DNA of 62,303 nt from Spirogloea muscicola (taxonomy: Eukaryota), in contig WELB01000015.1 of the NCBI GenBank assembly GCA_009602725.1, positions 331,649 through 393,951 on the forward strand, given 5' to 3'. Below, piece by piece: positions 38,077 through 51,461 of the stretch. Under the pieces are notes generated by a model. The model was not told the origin of the DNA. It saw only the letters and a list, made by a program, of their open reading frames with translations, and ran no database searches. The position numbers were made by a program, and so were the translations under genes. How positions within the stretch are numbered: position 1 is the first letter of the stretch; each line of letters begins with the position of its first letter.

Positions 38077-41000
38077 ATGGCCATGGAGCCGGGGCCACAG
38101 GAGGATGCCGGCGGCCGCCGGCGGCTGGCGGTGGGGAAGATGCTGGCCGCCGACATTGCGCGGCTGCGCCTCAAGGCCGGCACGCCCCGCGCTCCGGGCA
38201 TCACGCCGCACGACCTGCTCAGGCTGTCCAAGTGAGTGTAGAGGTCAGAGAATCGGTAGAGGTCAGAGAATCGAATCGGAACACGAACAGGGGATTTTTT
38301 TACTCAAAGGTCAAGGTGAGCCTTAGGCCATGTGTGGTATCGTCTATGTCTACCGCCAACGGCCGAGCTGCCAACCTGAGCACCGCCGCCACTGTGGGAA
38401 TGGTCCTACTGGTCCTACAAGGCAAGACGATTATGTGAGAGTTTAGGCAACTGCCGCCTTTGCTGGAGTGCGGGGAATGGCGGCTTGCCTTGGTCCATGT
38501 CGAGCTTCATGTGCCAATGTTGGTGGCAAGACTCAGAAGCTGTGACAGCCCAGGAGCTGATGATTCGGTCCCAGAGGTAGCTCAGCTTTGCCGCGCCGAT
38601 ACGGTCGTATTGATCACACCCACGTCTAGCCCCATCCGAGCTCGTGCACGCCCTTGGCCTGGCAAGGTTTCTGCTGCAACAGGAGAAGCCAAGCTCTCAG
38701 CAACTTGCCCGTGCTGAGTGCCAGGGTTGCGGTGCTGGGTTTTGTGCTAGGATTGAAGTATGGCGGTTAGTGGGTGTTCTCTATCCTGCAGCTTCCGATA
38801 CCCACAGTGCTTGACTGGCTTACTCCACTGCACTGCTGCGACTTTGGCTTACTCGGGGCAGTGCACTCCTTGACTGTCAGAGTTGCTGACAGAAGCAACT
38901 CAGTGGAAGTTGATGACCAGTGGGGATCAGACAAGTGTAGAAGCTCTCAGATTGCCATCGTCTGTGCTATTGAATGTGACTTGGTTGTGTGTTGCTGCCA
39001 TTGTTGCCCCCTGTTGCCAGGTTGCTAGACTGCTCTGTTGGATACGAGCAGAAACCACACAACCTAGATGCCCTCCGGGAGCTGCTCATGTGGGTACGCA
39101 CATTGTTTCTGCCAGATCAGAGGCCTCGTACTCATGCTGCTGGGGGTCTGTGTGACCTCGCAACCGATCGAGTTGCAAAGTCTACACGCAAGCGTCAGGC
39201 CTAGAGGTTTAAGGTCTGGTAGCTAGGGTGGTTGCTTTTACATATGAGACATTAACATTTAGAAGGTTCTTCTGCAATCTGCTATCGCTTGAGGTCAGGA
39301 GTGTGCTACATGGGCTGTGCGCTGAATGTGCAGCTCTGGCAGCTGGCTGATAACACCGCTTTTCGCCCTGCACTCATGGCCCTCATGCTCTCAGTTAAGG
39401 TAGGGGTACTGCTCCATTTCATCCCACTTCCTAACTGGTGTGCCGCACATCTGCAAGCGTTATTGGAGCATCAGAGCATGTTAGCTCCGGAGCTTCATCA
39501 GACGACTTTTGACAGGCTAGCAGAGGCTCATACAAGCTAACAACGTGCATGACGCCATTGCTTTCCAGAGCGTTTGTCGCTTGGGGTGGTTTAAGCAGCA
39601 GAAGGTGGTCGAGCTGATGAAGCCCCTGCAATCGGTACGTGCCTGCCTCGTCCGTTTTGTACACCCTGCTTGCTATTTATAGATATCAAAAAATCTTTTT
39701 CTCTGCAGAAGCTGTGGAGCCTGCTTCAAGAATTGCTCTTGTCCAAGTTGTAGTGGCAGTTCAGCTGCATAAGGCCAGGACGTTGCGTGTGACTATGGAT
39801 ATCAATAAATCTTTCCTCTCTGCAGAAGCTGTGGAGCCTGCTTCAAGAATTGCTCTTGTCCAAGTTGTAGTGGCAGTTCAGCTGCATAAGGCCAGGACAT
39901 TACGTGTGACGTGGTTGCCGGCCTGGGGTGCAGCTCTGGGGTCACTTCGTGCCTGTTCAAGCTCGCCAGAGCAGCACCGACGACCTCCAGCGCGTGCTGG
40001 CTCCTTCGGGAGGAGCTGCTTTGTTGCAGCTTGAAGGCGTGATTGACCATGTGAAGAGGCTCTCTAGTAGGTAAACCTGAACCCCGAGTCCGATCTTCTA
40101 TTATATTTTCTAGTCTGTCCTGTAATTATGTGCTTGTTTACATCTTGTAAAGAATTCTCTTTTTACATGCCAAATGAAGCTCGTGCACGATTGCCAATGT
40201 GGAAGTTGTGCTTTTCTCTGCCTTCAGAAGGGCACTTGCAGCTCACAAGGACGTCGTGATAGTGTTGCAATATTGTTGTTGCACAGGTACTTTCCAACCT
40301 TGAGGTTGCGCTCAGTTCTTATGGCAATGAAGGCAGAGGTGAGATTCTGAGTCAATGCTCACTTCAGTCTGTTGTCTACCTTTCTTGATGGCATGTTCCC
40401 TGCATGCAAATACATGCTACCCGCTTGCTTCCTCATCCCCTTGTTTGCATCCTACAAAAGGGAGCTTTGAATATCTGTTTGATTGCACGTCCACTCCTTC
40501 CAAGAACTTCACACAAGATGTGAAGGACTTATTGGAACATCATAGTCCAATGTTGTGCAGCAAGGGTATCAGGTCTTGACGGCAGATTTTGGCATCCTTA
40601 TCAAACTTCACCGAGATTACAATGTTGTAAGACAGAAAGACTGCTCCTGCTCTCACTGCATCCAACTCTCATTTGGTATTGGAACTGAGCAATACTCCTT
40701 AAGCAATGTGATCCGATCCATCACGATCTGTTTGTTTAGGCAATGTCCAGGGTTCCAGCAGGTTTTGAGAATCGTATCTCACACAGTGCAGTGCTTTCAT
40801 GCTCATGGCAGCACCTACTGATTTCGCAGTACCCAGACATCAGCACCTCTGCTTCCCTTGCGACACCAACGCAAGTCAGGTAGCTTCATTTGTACATTCT
40901 TTTATATTTAGTATCACTGAAGGGTATGCTGTCTTTGAGCATCTCCCTATTTACATTGCAACTACATAGCAACTCTAGTCACAGGAACATTTACGACCTC

Positions 41001-42890
41001 AGCAAATTCATCTACGGGTCAATGCATGTTGAGTGAAAGCTTTGCAGATGTGGTTTAATATGATGCATGCTTGAAAGGACTGCTTTTGTAACTTCTTGCA
41101 CATAGATGTTTGCTAGGCTAGAGTTGCTCATGCTATCTCCCTCTTTGCCTTGACACATCGGCTTGCATTGTGCCAGCTTTCTATTGAATGGAGTGGAGGT
41201 GCCGGGTCGCACATTGGTGAAGATGGTGAGAGCAAATATTGTGCGGCTGGCTCAGACAACTTGCTCGTATTTAAATTTTGTGTATATGTATGTATGTATG
41301 TATATATGTAAACATTGATTGAAAGTTCAACATATTCCAGCTTCACAGTATATGCATGTCTCGGAGTAGCTGCCTGTTGATTTTGCTGCTCAACTTACAG
41401 GTAGACAATTTTAAATATTTGTATTGATCGTCAACATCTGCCTTTCTATGAGCCAGGAGAAGGGCTTGCAGATGCCAACACTGGTGAATGATGGTGTCCG
41501 AGTGGGGCCCAACCTTCTCCAGGTTATTGGGGAATTTACAGGTGTCCCTACAATGCTTCAGGATTATCTTTGAGAGAAATTTCAAGGGGCTATCTGCATG
41601 GCTGATGAGGTGACAAATGGGCTTTCACTGTCCAGTATACTGGGCTTACATTGATGTTGCATGTGGCAGCCCCGTACATCATCGTCGTGGCCTTAATGAA
41701 GAGCATCAAGGTGGACGCTTCGAAAATACTGCTAGAGCCCCACATGACGCCGACAATTGAGCAATCCCGTTCACTAGCACCAGGTTGTTGCTTATGGTGG
41801 ATGTGGAGGTCGTCACTGTGTGGTCTCTTCTGATATTCAAAAGCTGGCGGTCTGTCCATTGTACTCAAGGTTGTTGAGGACTGCCTGGGCTGCCTTTTCC
41901 AGCTCCTGCATGCGTACGATTGTACACCTGTGCTTTCAAATTAGTCACATAGTCTAGTCGCATCAAGTTGTGTCAGAGAGGTCCTGCGAAGGAGACCCTG
42001 ATGTACACTAGCTGACACCGGCAGACCTTTGGCTCTACTTTGGCACAGTTGATGACACCACGGCCGGACTTGCACTGAGTGACAGCGACGAGCTGGAGAT
42101 TATATTGGGGCCTACGAAGCTGTCCCTCCTCTGCCCCATCAGCCACAAGCGGATGATCAGGCCAGTGAAGGGCATCGCGTGCCGGCACGTGCAGGTAGGA
42201 GTCCTACAAACTTCCATTGTGGCTGTAGCTTTCCGCTCGGGCGGCGACATGCATATACGTCATACCTTGCCCATATGTGCTGCCATCAACAGCCTTTGGT
42301 TTCATTGGCAGACTGAGATCGTGATAAGTCACAATACCCTTGCCCATCTTTGATCTCTCCTGACTCGTCTGTCTTGGCCCCGCAGTCATTTGACCTGAGC
42401 AGCTTCCTGGAGATAAACACCTCCCTGCCTGCGTGGCGATGCCCATGCTGCAACTCTCATACGTCTTTCGTTGAGTTGCGCCTAGATGCTGTAACTGCCG
42501 AGGTACACTCTTGCTGGGCAGCAGGTACTGCATATAAGGGCCTGTCAGAAGTCTATCACTACCATCTAACACGTCAGACTGGTCACTATTTATATAGTAC
42601 TGGAGTGTGCAAGCATGTATCTGCAGCTACTAAAGTGCAGCTGGTAGCATCGACGTGTTTTCTGTGTCTTGCAGATTCTTGAAAACACCCGCAATATGTT
42701 GGATACAGCGGAGGCTCTTGTGTTGGAGGATGGGTCGTGGCGGCTCGTCAAAGAGGTTGAGGACCTTCAGATGAGGAGAAAGCGGCAGCGATTTGCGTCT
42801 GAGTCTGCAAGCGAAGACGACAAGGAGCCTCGGTCTCTACCGGTTGGGCAGCTGGGCCAGGCCTCCGCGGCCGCTGCGACGACAATATAG
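38077..42890 (+). CDS. PIAL-type SP-RING (zf-MIZ) SUMO ligase
   Basis: ALMALMLSVKSVCRLGWF, RYFPTLRL, DSDELEIILGPTKLSLLCPISHKRMIRPVKGIACRHVQ|SFD..WRCPCC, EDGSW; many GT-AG introns. Middle exons not fully resolved. Confidence 0.85.
39682..39910 (+). repeat. Intronic tandem duplication, 2 x ~117 bp
   Basis: ATATCAA.AAATCTTT..CTCTGCAGAAGCTGTGGAGCC...CGTGTGAC occurs at about 39682-39793 and 39799-39910. Confidence 0.92.
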
Positions 42891-43579
42891 GACCCTCCCT
42901 TTTCAACAGCTTGCTTCAATATTGAGCCGCAATTTAAACAAGAGCAAGAGATGGTTGATGGGCGACCGCTGTTGGTTCTCTTGCTGTATACTGATTGATT
43001 CTAGGTGAAATTGCAGATTTGACACTTAGCCTGCTCGGGAACCTGCAATTGCCTTGCATCTTGCAAGGTGGGAGCCCCAAGACGAAGGTGCAAATGTATG
43101 AGCAAGCCAAGTAGCCTCCATGTTGAAAGTGCGCAACTCATAATGGGAGAGACGGACTATCTGCTCCCATCGTGGTAAACGATTGTAAACGTGGCGACTG
43201 GGCGACGGGTCGCATGGGCAGTTCGTTAAGTAGGGGTTCAGACAGACGGCGGAGTGGTAACGGACGGCCGGACATAACGGCGCTTTGGGGAAGCGGAATC
43301 TCCCAGCGGGAGATGCCCGAGCGTGCCACGTGGCGTGTCGAGAGCGCCGCTCCAAATCGCGGTGCGCGGATGGCACTCAGCACGTGCGCTCCCCTTGCGG
43401 TCACTAGAGTGCGACGCGTGGCATCGCCGGGCGCAAACGGCTTCTAATTAATATCATTCAACTGGCTCTAACCAGCTGTGCTTAGGCAGGGTTGACATCG
43501 CTCAATGTTGATGTCTCACAGTGCTCACCTTATGTCTCGTGACGCGATGACATCAAGTGAACTGCTTGACGACCATCAA

Positions 43580-45550
43580 AGAAAATGCTCTCTCCAAGAG
43601 AAGTGAGCTTTTGAAGGATGGGAGGGCTGTGAATTCGGCTCAAGAAGAAGACTGGACAAGGCCCAAAAGGGCCGACAGGCAAACCACACAGCTACTCAAG
43701 TGGAGTCCCCTCAGCCTGCATCCACACTGTCACCTCCGTTCCTTCTTTCGGGCTGACGTTTCACAGCCGTCGCCTTTATCGCCCCTTTGAAGTGCTTTTC
43801 TTCGAAGACGGGCTTTTTCATCGGAGACACCCAGCTTGTCCCCTTCTTAAGCAAAACTTCACACTTGTTCTTCTTACTTATTGTTCCACCCCCCTTTTTC
43901 GTGCTCGCATCCGGAGACAATAAGTACGACATCGCCACGGCCGTTGGCGACAACGACAGACGCCTTTGAGAGGTATTCTGACTAGAGGCTGCTGGCCAGG
44001 GGCTAGTGCGCTCCCACTCGAGGTAGCCACTTGAGAGAAGGCGCGCTGTTTGCATGAAAGGAAGGTGAGGAGGCCAGATCAAGCCACTACACTGTTCAGC
44101 AACAAGCTAGTGCAAAAACCGGGGCTACACAAAGTGAAGGCTCATGCTACGAGAGGCTAAGGGGCAGAGGGCAGCTCTTGCACAGGAGCCCAACAAGCAG
44201 GAAGTTCTTCACAGTAATATTGATTCTCAATCCAATCTCTCGTTTCTTTTTTCTTAACACTAAGTCCTTTCTGCATTGCAAGAGCTTATGCTTTTACCAG
44301 AAGGAGTTGTGGAAGACAAAAACAGGTCTTCCAGCGTAATGCAGTGCGTTGTCGTGTTTGGTAGTGTAGTCCTTGTTCGGCACCTCTTTCTTTGGCTTTG
44401 GACATTGTCCATTCTTTTTGGGCTGGCTTTGCCAGCCCTCTTCTCTCTAATGCAGTGGCTAGCCCACGATTGGAGAAAGGTCGGAAGGGTCCGGCAAGCA
44501 GATTATCCTACGCATCTTCCAGGAATATTCCATTCTGTCTGGGCTGTCACAGCCATCACCTTCAAAAGAAGAGAGCTAATCATTTCAGAGGGGTGTCTCA
44601 TTACAGAGGGGGCGATAGCTGAGAGAAGCAGCCCTTCCCAAGTAGCGAGGGCTGTGAAAAGAGAAGCTGCTCTATCAAAGAAGGACGTGGTCGCCCATTG
44701 AGAATAGGGGCTGGAACAACCAGCCCGAAAGAGAATGAACAGAGTACGAGAAGGGGGCCAGGGGAAGCGCTAAGTAACAGAAACAAAGCTGCTACGAGAC
44801 ACTCAGTAACCCCTGCTAAGCAGCCGCAGATCAGAGATGCTGGGCTCCTGGAAGTGGGTCCCCTGGCCAGAGCCAGAGGCAGCAGCGAGGGCTATCAAAG
44901 GACGGAAATGAGTGTCAAAATGGGGCGAGGGCCGTGAAAAGCGATCCACAAAGGTAGAGCAGCTTTTCCACATGGTGCGAAATTGTGACAAGCCAGCTCA
45001 CATATGAGTCAACAAGGTCTATGCCGGAAATTTTTTTGAACCAATAATCATGCCTGCTTAGTAAGAAAAGCCAGCCCACAAATCAGAAGAAAAGAGAAGT
45101 AGATGTGGACAAGGTCCTAAAGAGAAGCAGCTCTTCCAACAGGGGCGAGGGCTGTAAACAAACATCTCTTTCAACGTACGGTAATGGCTGTGAGGAGTAA
45201 TAACTCACAAAAGGGGGCTGTGAAAAGCCAGCCCGAAAAGGGGCCAAAACTCCCCCGAAATCCTGAAGCCCAGCTCCGAACAGTAACAGTGTTCCAATGT
45301 AAAGAGGTCAGCTCAACGGACTGAACAAGGTCTAATACAAGCACGTCTAAAGATCTACATAAGCTACAGCAGATTGACCCGCTCAATAACCACGGGTCAA
45401 AACGTAAAGGTCACTACTCGATAAAGTCTAAGAGGACCGGAAGGCGATAGATTCTTTTTTGGGCTTGCTTTTCCAGCCCCTATCGTCAATGGGCGAGCAC
45501 TTCCTTCTTTTCGATAAAAATGTGGCCAGCCCACGAAGGATTGACAAGGG
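43580..45550. repeat. Cluster of CRE terminal tails in both orientations
   Basis: Hairpin and tail motifs at about 43625, 43750, 44421, 44540, 44650, 45070, 45150-45240, 45461, 45522; B-type end at 45350-45420. Confidence 0.72.
44691..44893 (-). mobile_element. CRE family A 3' end
   Basis: ALAAASGSGQGTHFQEPSISDLRLLSRGY* plus UTR. Confidence 0.9.
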
Positions 45551-45726
45551 GTCAGGGGTCGCGGAAAGCGCACGCCACGCAGCTACGACGGAGTAGTGGC
45601 GCCTCAAAAGGCGACGGAGATGTCGTCGTCGGAGATGGTTGTTTAACGATTGGAGTCAAGTTGGCCAAACCGAAGTCCATCACAGCACTGTTGATGCCCA
45701 GGAGTGACACCTAACGGTGGGGCGGT

Positions 45727-48700
45727 ATGGCATCTCAAGGGAAGTCGACGAGCGCGTCACTGGGAATTCCGCGCTTGGGGCGCTTGGGGCTGTTGCTCCC
45801 TAGCCCGCAGGCCCCTGCGTCGTCCGTCGGGGCGGCGGCGGCGGCAGCGGCGGCGGCATCGGCGGCAGGCGACGGCGGTGGCGGCGCTGGCGTCCGCCTG
45901 AGGGGCCGCGTGGCGAGCGCCGTGCGGCGCGAGTACGAGAGATGGTGGCCGCCGCTGCGGCGCCGCTGAGGCAGGCTGGAGGTGTGGGCCTGCCGAGGGG
46001 AGACTGTGCTGGGGCGCTGCGGGAGCCTGCCTCTGCGGCGCCGCCGCCACAGCCCCCGCTCGCCTTGAGGCTCCTTGCCGTGGCCTCAGCTCCCTTTTGC
46101 CTTCCTCGCCGCGTCTGGCCGCAGGTTTGCTGTGCCAGCCGCTGGCGCTGCCGCTGCCGCAGCAGCCGCCATCCACGTGCCGGCAAGAAGGCCATGGCGG
46201 CGCCGCGGTCCATCAGGCCTGCGCCTTGCCGCTGAGACGGGGCTATCCGCCGCCTACGTCGTCGGCGACTCTCCGATCAGACTCTTCAGCTGGTTGCACG
46301 AGCAGTCGACGCGCTATGATCGCCGGCAAAGCACCCTGCGCGTAAGTTATTTTCACCATCTCTCCGTATCTGTGGAGAAGCAGAGTCACTGTCGCAGCCA
46401 TAGCTGGCCGCGAGACATCAAGTTGCAGTAGTCGCACTGTGGCCTCATTGCAGCTGCAGCAGAGACGCGAAGAGGCTCACTTTTAGAGGTCAATCTTCCT
46501 TGGTTGTTAGCTTGACCAGCGGAGGTCAGGCATCTGACCAGTGCACTGTTGCTTCCGTCGACTGATCAACGAGCTTCATCAATTGCCAGTTTCTTGCTGA
46601 GCTGCAAACCAATGGCATCATGCAGCCTTTTCTGTGAGCTACCTCGGCGCCTCGCGCATCGTCCAGAGAGCCACAACTCCTGGGACTGGCACAGAAGGAG
46701 AGGCACGGGGGCCAGAGCTGAATTGTCAGAGACGAGGTCCGGAGCTGAATCTCGCAAGTCCTTAGGATATCATCCTCTCGAGGAGCTCTCGAAGCCGGAC
46801 AGGAGGAACAAGGCAGTCCGGGCAACTGAGCATGTACTGTCGAGTGCAGAGTTAGCCCGTACCATTGCTGAGGTAAGTGGCATGTCCATGCATCTGCCAT
46901 TACCAGTTGGTGGTTGGTCTGCCCGAAAGCATGACAGTGAAGTGGTTGATCTAGCTGCCAGCTTTTTTATTGCACTCAGCGGCTGAGGGTGGCCTGAAAA
47001 TGTTCAGGTGAATGCGGAAGGCATCATCTTCAACTCAGTGGTGCCTGAGGATGTCACTGTTCTGGGAACAGACGTTAACTTCTTGGTTGCAGACAATGGA
47101 GGTCAGTGCAATGCGGACCTCACTCCTTGTGCGATACAGGTCGCTCAAAGTTACTTGTTCCAGCTGTGAGTGTTACCTTACTGATAAGAGCTTCGCTTTT
47201 TTCTGCAGATGTCTTCTTTGAATTGGACGATGACGAGGAGTTTCTCCGCAATCTAGAAACGAGCCAGAACTGCACTGTAGGCACTCATTTTATGCTGATT
47301 ACCAGCCTTTGCATGGCTATCTCCTACCATGCCAACCAGACGTCAATTTGCTCTTTGTCACATGTGATGGTGATAATGCCTTCAGGATTCACGGCAATAG
47401 ACTGCGCAAGACTGCAAAGATTGTTTGTGTTGTGAGGATCTTGATCACAAACTGACCTAATAACTGTTTATTTGCCGCAAGCAGGTTCTTGTAAATTTTG
47501 GCAAGTGGGACGACGTCATGATGTCAGACTTCATAGAGGAGGTAGATGGAGTTGGGTGGATCGAAGTTGTGGATGACGAGGATTCTGATTCAGAAACATC
47601 TGGTGATTATGACGATGACAGTGGCAATCTTCTGTACGAGGATAGTGAGGTAAACGTTGCACTACATCCTGCATTACTCTGGTACAACTTCATGATAGGC
47701 TCCTCAGCGTAGTCATTCCTGCTGCAACTTGCCTTGTGAATGCTGGCGTGCTTCCACTAGTGCTGATACTGTCAGGACTTCAAGTTTCCTCCTTTGGGCA
47801 AGTCCTATGGTTGTTCTTAGCCATGGACTGTCCTTCCTCACATTTGTGGTGTAGATGTGGGAAGCCATGCTGCCAGGAGGGGTGGAGAGCTTCTATGATA
47901 GCATCACACCAGAGGCCATGGGGTCGCTTGGTGGTTGGGGAGGACCTGAGACATTAAACTGGGTGCATCCCATGGAATTTGCCACGCGGCTTGCTCATGT
48001 AGGCCAGCAACTCTCTCTTGACTTTGGAGGACATCTGTGCTGTAGAGGCAAGACATCCTGGAAACTTTCCATGCCCTATGAGACAGAGACATGAGATGTG
48101 GCAGATGAGCTCAACATGCTAAATGAGAAGGTGCAGTACATATCTTGACGATATCACTCTTATCGGAGTTCTTGACTTTTGGTGCACTGGCTGACCAGGT
48201 CGCTGAACACGACTATGCAAAGGAAATCGACAACCCCTGTCTGCGCCTTAGCATCAGCGGCATCGTCAGGAAGGTCACGGCTGATGAGGAGGAGTATGTC
48301 CGGGAGCTATGGGACGACAGATTCATTGCACCCGACACAGATGACGAGGAGTCCTCTGATGTGGAGGAGGCAGATAGCATCCCCAAGCCATCCAACAGCT
48401 CGGTGGCACCCAGTGACGAGTCTGATAGGCAAGCAAACAGTGACATGGAGCAGGAGGAAGCGGGGACCTCGCTAAAGGGCGTCGTCAGAAACGGTGTTTG
48501 GATGGGAGAGTTGATCTCTGGCAGGGCTCAGCAAGGCAAGGGCTGGGCACCTCGGGAGAACCTGAGGAGGCGGACGAGGAATGCCTTAGGAGTAGGGCCA
48601 AAGGAAGACAGAATGCAAGGGTCCACTGCAGAAAGCTCTGGAGTTGCTGAGGTAGTGGAGGGGTTGTCTGGCGTGAAAGGCTTGATCGAGAGGGCTAGGC

Positions 48701-50204
48701 AAGCCGTAGGCTTGGGCACGGACCAGCAACAACCAGATAGAAGCAGTTGTTCCGAGGTTGAGGATCAGGCTTGCTCATCTGGGGAAGCTAGCACAGCTGA
48801 CACTGCCAAGTCAGCCTCAAAGGTAGAGGTCAACGTCCCGGAAGGTGACTATGTGGTTGATGTGGGAGAAGATGGGTCGGCAACCTTTACCTGGATGCCT
48901 GCAACGCCGAAGAAGTCGCTGGAGGATTTGTTACGGTCCAACGAGGGGAAGGTGCTTGCTGTGGAAGGGGGCGAGTTTGTTCTTGCGGCAGACACTGAGG
49001 ACCTAGATGGAGACAAGATCTGGGAAGAGTTCGGGGAGGGCGTCGGATCATCATTCTACAAGCTAGAAATACTGACCATTCAGCTTGATAGCGTTTCTGG
49101 TATCCAGGTGCGGCTTACATCTGCTGTTCACTGCCCCCACAAGTATCGCACATTGTCCACATCAGTAGTGCTATTTGTGATTCTGGCTTGTCTTCTGATT
49201 GATCCAGGAATGTGGAGTTTTGGTGCTGACTGCTTCTTCTATGTGTCGTTCCTGTGGCAGCACACAATCGACGTGGCAGACTTTTGCTCAGCATCGCCAG
49301 ACCTCATGGCCCATGCTTCCGGGTCTATTGCTGAGGTAGTCAATATTCACAAGCGCAGGGAGATGGCAGCCCTGTGCTTGAGAGAAAAGGACTTGCAAGT
49401 GGAGGTAACTGATAAGTTACCCTTGCATCCATTGGCTTTCCTCTTGTTGCATGTCTAGCCATTACAAGCGCCTGCAGCATCCATTCACATACCTCATGTA
49501 CAAGAGAGCCTTAGCTAATCCTGACTCACCGGTGCTGCTGCTGCTGCTTGACATCTGCTTCTTGTTTCTGCTCTGTTGTCTTTTCATTTGACATTGCACT
49601 GGGATATATGCACAAACTAAACTTTAACTAAAATTCCACGCAGAGGCAGCACAATTGGAGTGAGTTCCTCTCATTGTCTTGCATCATGAGCTGCCTTGTG
49701 CCTTAGGTGGTAAAATATGCCATGCTTGCAGGAAGTTTGGATGGTTGGCGTAGACCGTCATGGGCTGGACATTCGAGTTCGAGAAGGGATTGAAATCCGA
49801 ACGCTCCGCTTTCCTTTTCGCAGACCTGTAAGTTGCAGCATTGCTGGTAGAACTGAAGTCAAATAAAAGAGCCCGTTTTTTGTTGGTTGATCCGATTGAG
49901 CAACAAGCCTTGGCATGTATGGACAAGTCTACTCTAACCAAGAATCACTCTAACATTACTTTACTCAGCAGCATGCTGCTGCTGTTCGTCATCTTTAGAG
50001 AGACCCGGATTTCATGTAAACTTGATACGTGCAGCACCTGACAGGCTCAATGACCTTCTCAACTTGAGAATCTGGCAGGCAACGAATGAAAGGCAGGCAG
50101 AACAGATGATCCAGGACATGCTGCATCCACGCAAAGCTGGTATCCGACAACGGCGTCGAGGACCGCTGCGCGTCAAGCGGCGATTCCGGCCTCGTCGGCG
50201 CTAG
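45727..50204 (+). CDS. At3g49140-like protein (FMN-binding split-barrel-like), probably plastid-targeted; start uncertain
   Basis: YHPLEEL, SAELARTIAEVN, WGGPETLNWVHPMEFA, SFYKLEILTIQLDSVSGIQ, DFCSASPD, VGVDRHGLDIRVREGIEIRTLRFPF, ERQAEQMIQDMLHPR. Confidence 0.85.
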
Positions 50205-51461
50205 CGAGTTCGTGTCTGCAAGTCCCGACTCCCGTGCCTAAACCAATCCTTTCCCTCCCCTCTGACTTTGCGCGTCGCTCACGCCTGTTCACCAACAGAT
50301 AATTTAGGTATTGTATTACAGAGATATAGCCACCATAATGGAGTATGGCAGACAATAAGCTCTAGGTTGCTCAAAAGGGACCATTTTGAAATGCTCCAGT
50401 AAGCATGAGGTCAATGGCACGGCACCGTTGTGCAGAGGTTCCATAGCCACCTCCTTCCACGTCAAGCTTGTTACGCTTACTGGGATGCTCTGTGAGTCAA
50501 TCCTTGGCCAAGTCAAGATCATGGCGAACAGCAGATTAAACACCTTGTCTACTGCAAGAAGCAATTTGAAAATACAGTAGAGTTGGACCTTGCTAGTGTA
50601 CAACATGCTTACCTTCAAGGTGCCAAAGTCATAGCAGCTGGTCAAGATGCAGACATTGCAGAAGGTGACAGCGATGAGGAAATTTTACACTAGCTATTTT
50701 TGGTCATCAAAGAAAGCCTGCACTTGTCTGTGGAGCTCGGCCTGCCTTCCAAGGTGAAGGCCTCACTGATGTAATGGTATCACTCACGATTCTGCTCATC
50801 TTGACCTCAACATCAGCACTCGCAAGCCTCGCCCACCATGACCTGCAAGTCTAGAAGTCACAGACATACGAAGACCAGGCTTTGAGATTATTTTCCACTG
50901 GGGCTGATGTACAAAGCTCCAGCTCGTGTGGCCAGCACGACTCACTCGTCAATCTCTTGTTGCATGCTGCGCCATGATCGCGGCCTGGTCGAGCGGCGCA
51001 GGCAGTGGAGGCGGCGGCGGCCTTGGTCTCCGGACGAGCTGCGCCGGAGCTCGCGCCGCCGTTGAATCCATTGCCAGACCGGCGACGACGGCGGCAGGCC
51101 GGCCATTGGCGCAGCGGGAGCTTCTGCTGGTCGCTGTGAGCGCATGCTTTGATGGCACCGGCCGGCCCTCGACGACGTCCGCCCGGGTATGGATGAAGAC
51201 GAGAATCCGGCTGCTGATAGTATGAGAGCGGCTAAAGAAGGCAGCCATTGCAGGCCGGCGCTGCCACATCGGCAAGAAGTGCCAACTTAGTGCCATGGCG
51301 GATGGTTGGCCAGGCTGCTGACGAAGCTCGGCGTCCCTGGCCGGCCGCACAAGCTGTTAGCTTTCTCATGTGCTTGCCTTTGTTCTTGGCCACTCCATCA
51401 CTCAAGACACACTCCATGTCATTGCTCATGTGTGGCTTGTTGATTGTGGCCGCAGACTCTA

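Noticed and set aside
43580..45550. Recurrent palindromic ~20-40 bp repeats with variable spacing, superficially CRISPR- or REP-like
   Set aside because: Irregular spacing, both orientations, eukaryotic context and no cas genes; explained as CRE 3' tails.
50316..51350. Exon-like segments with splice-like borders between the At3g49140-like and WD40 genes
   Set aside because: Could not assemble a coherent frame or recognise a family.
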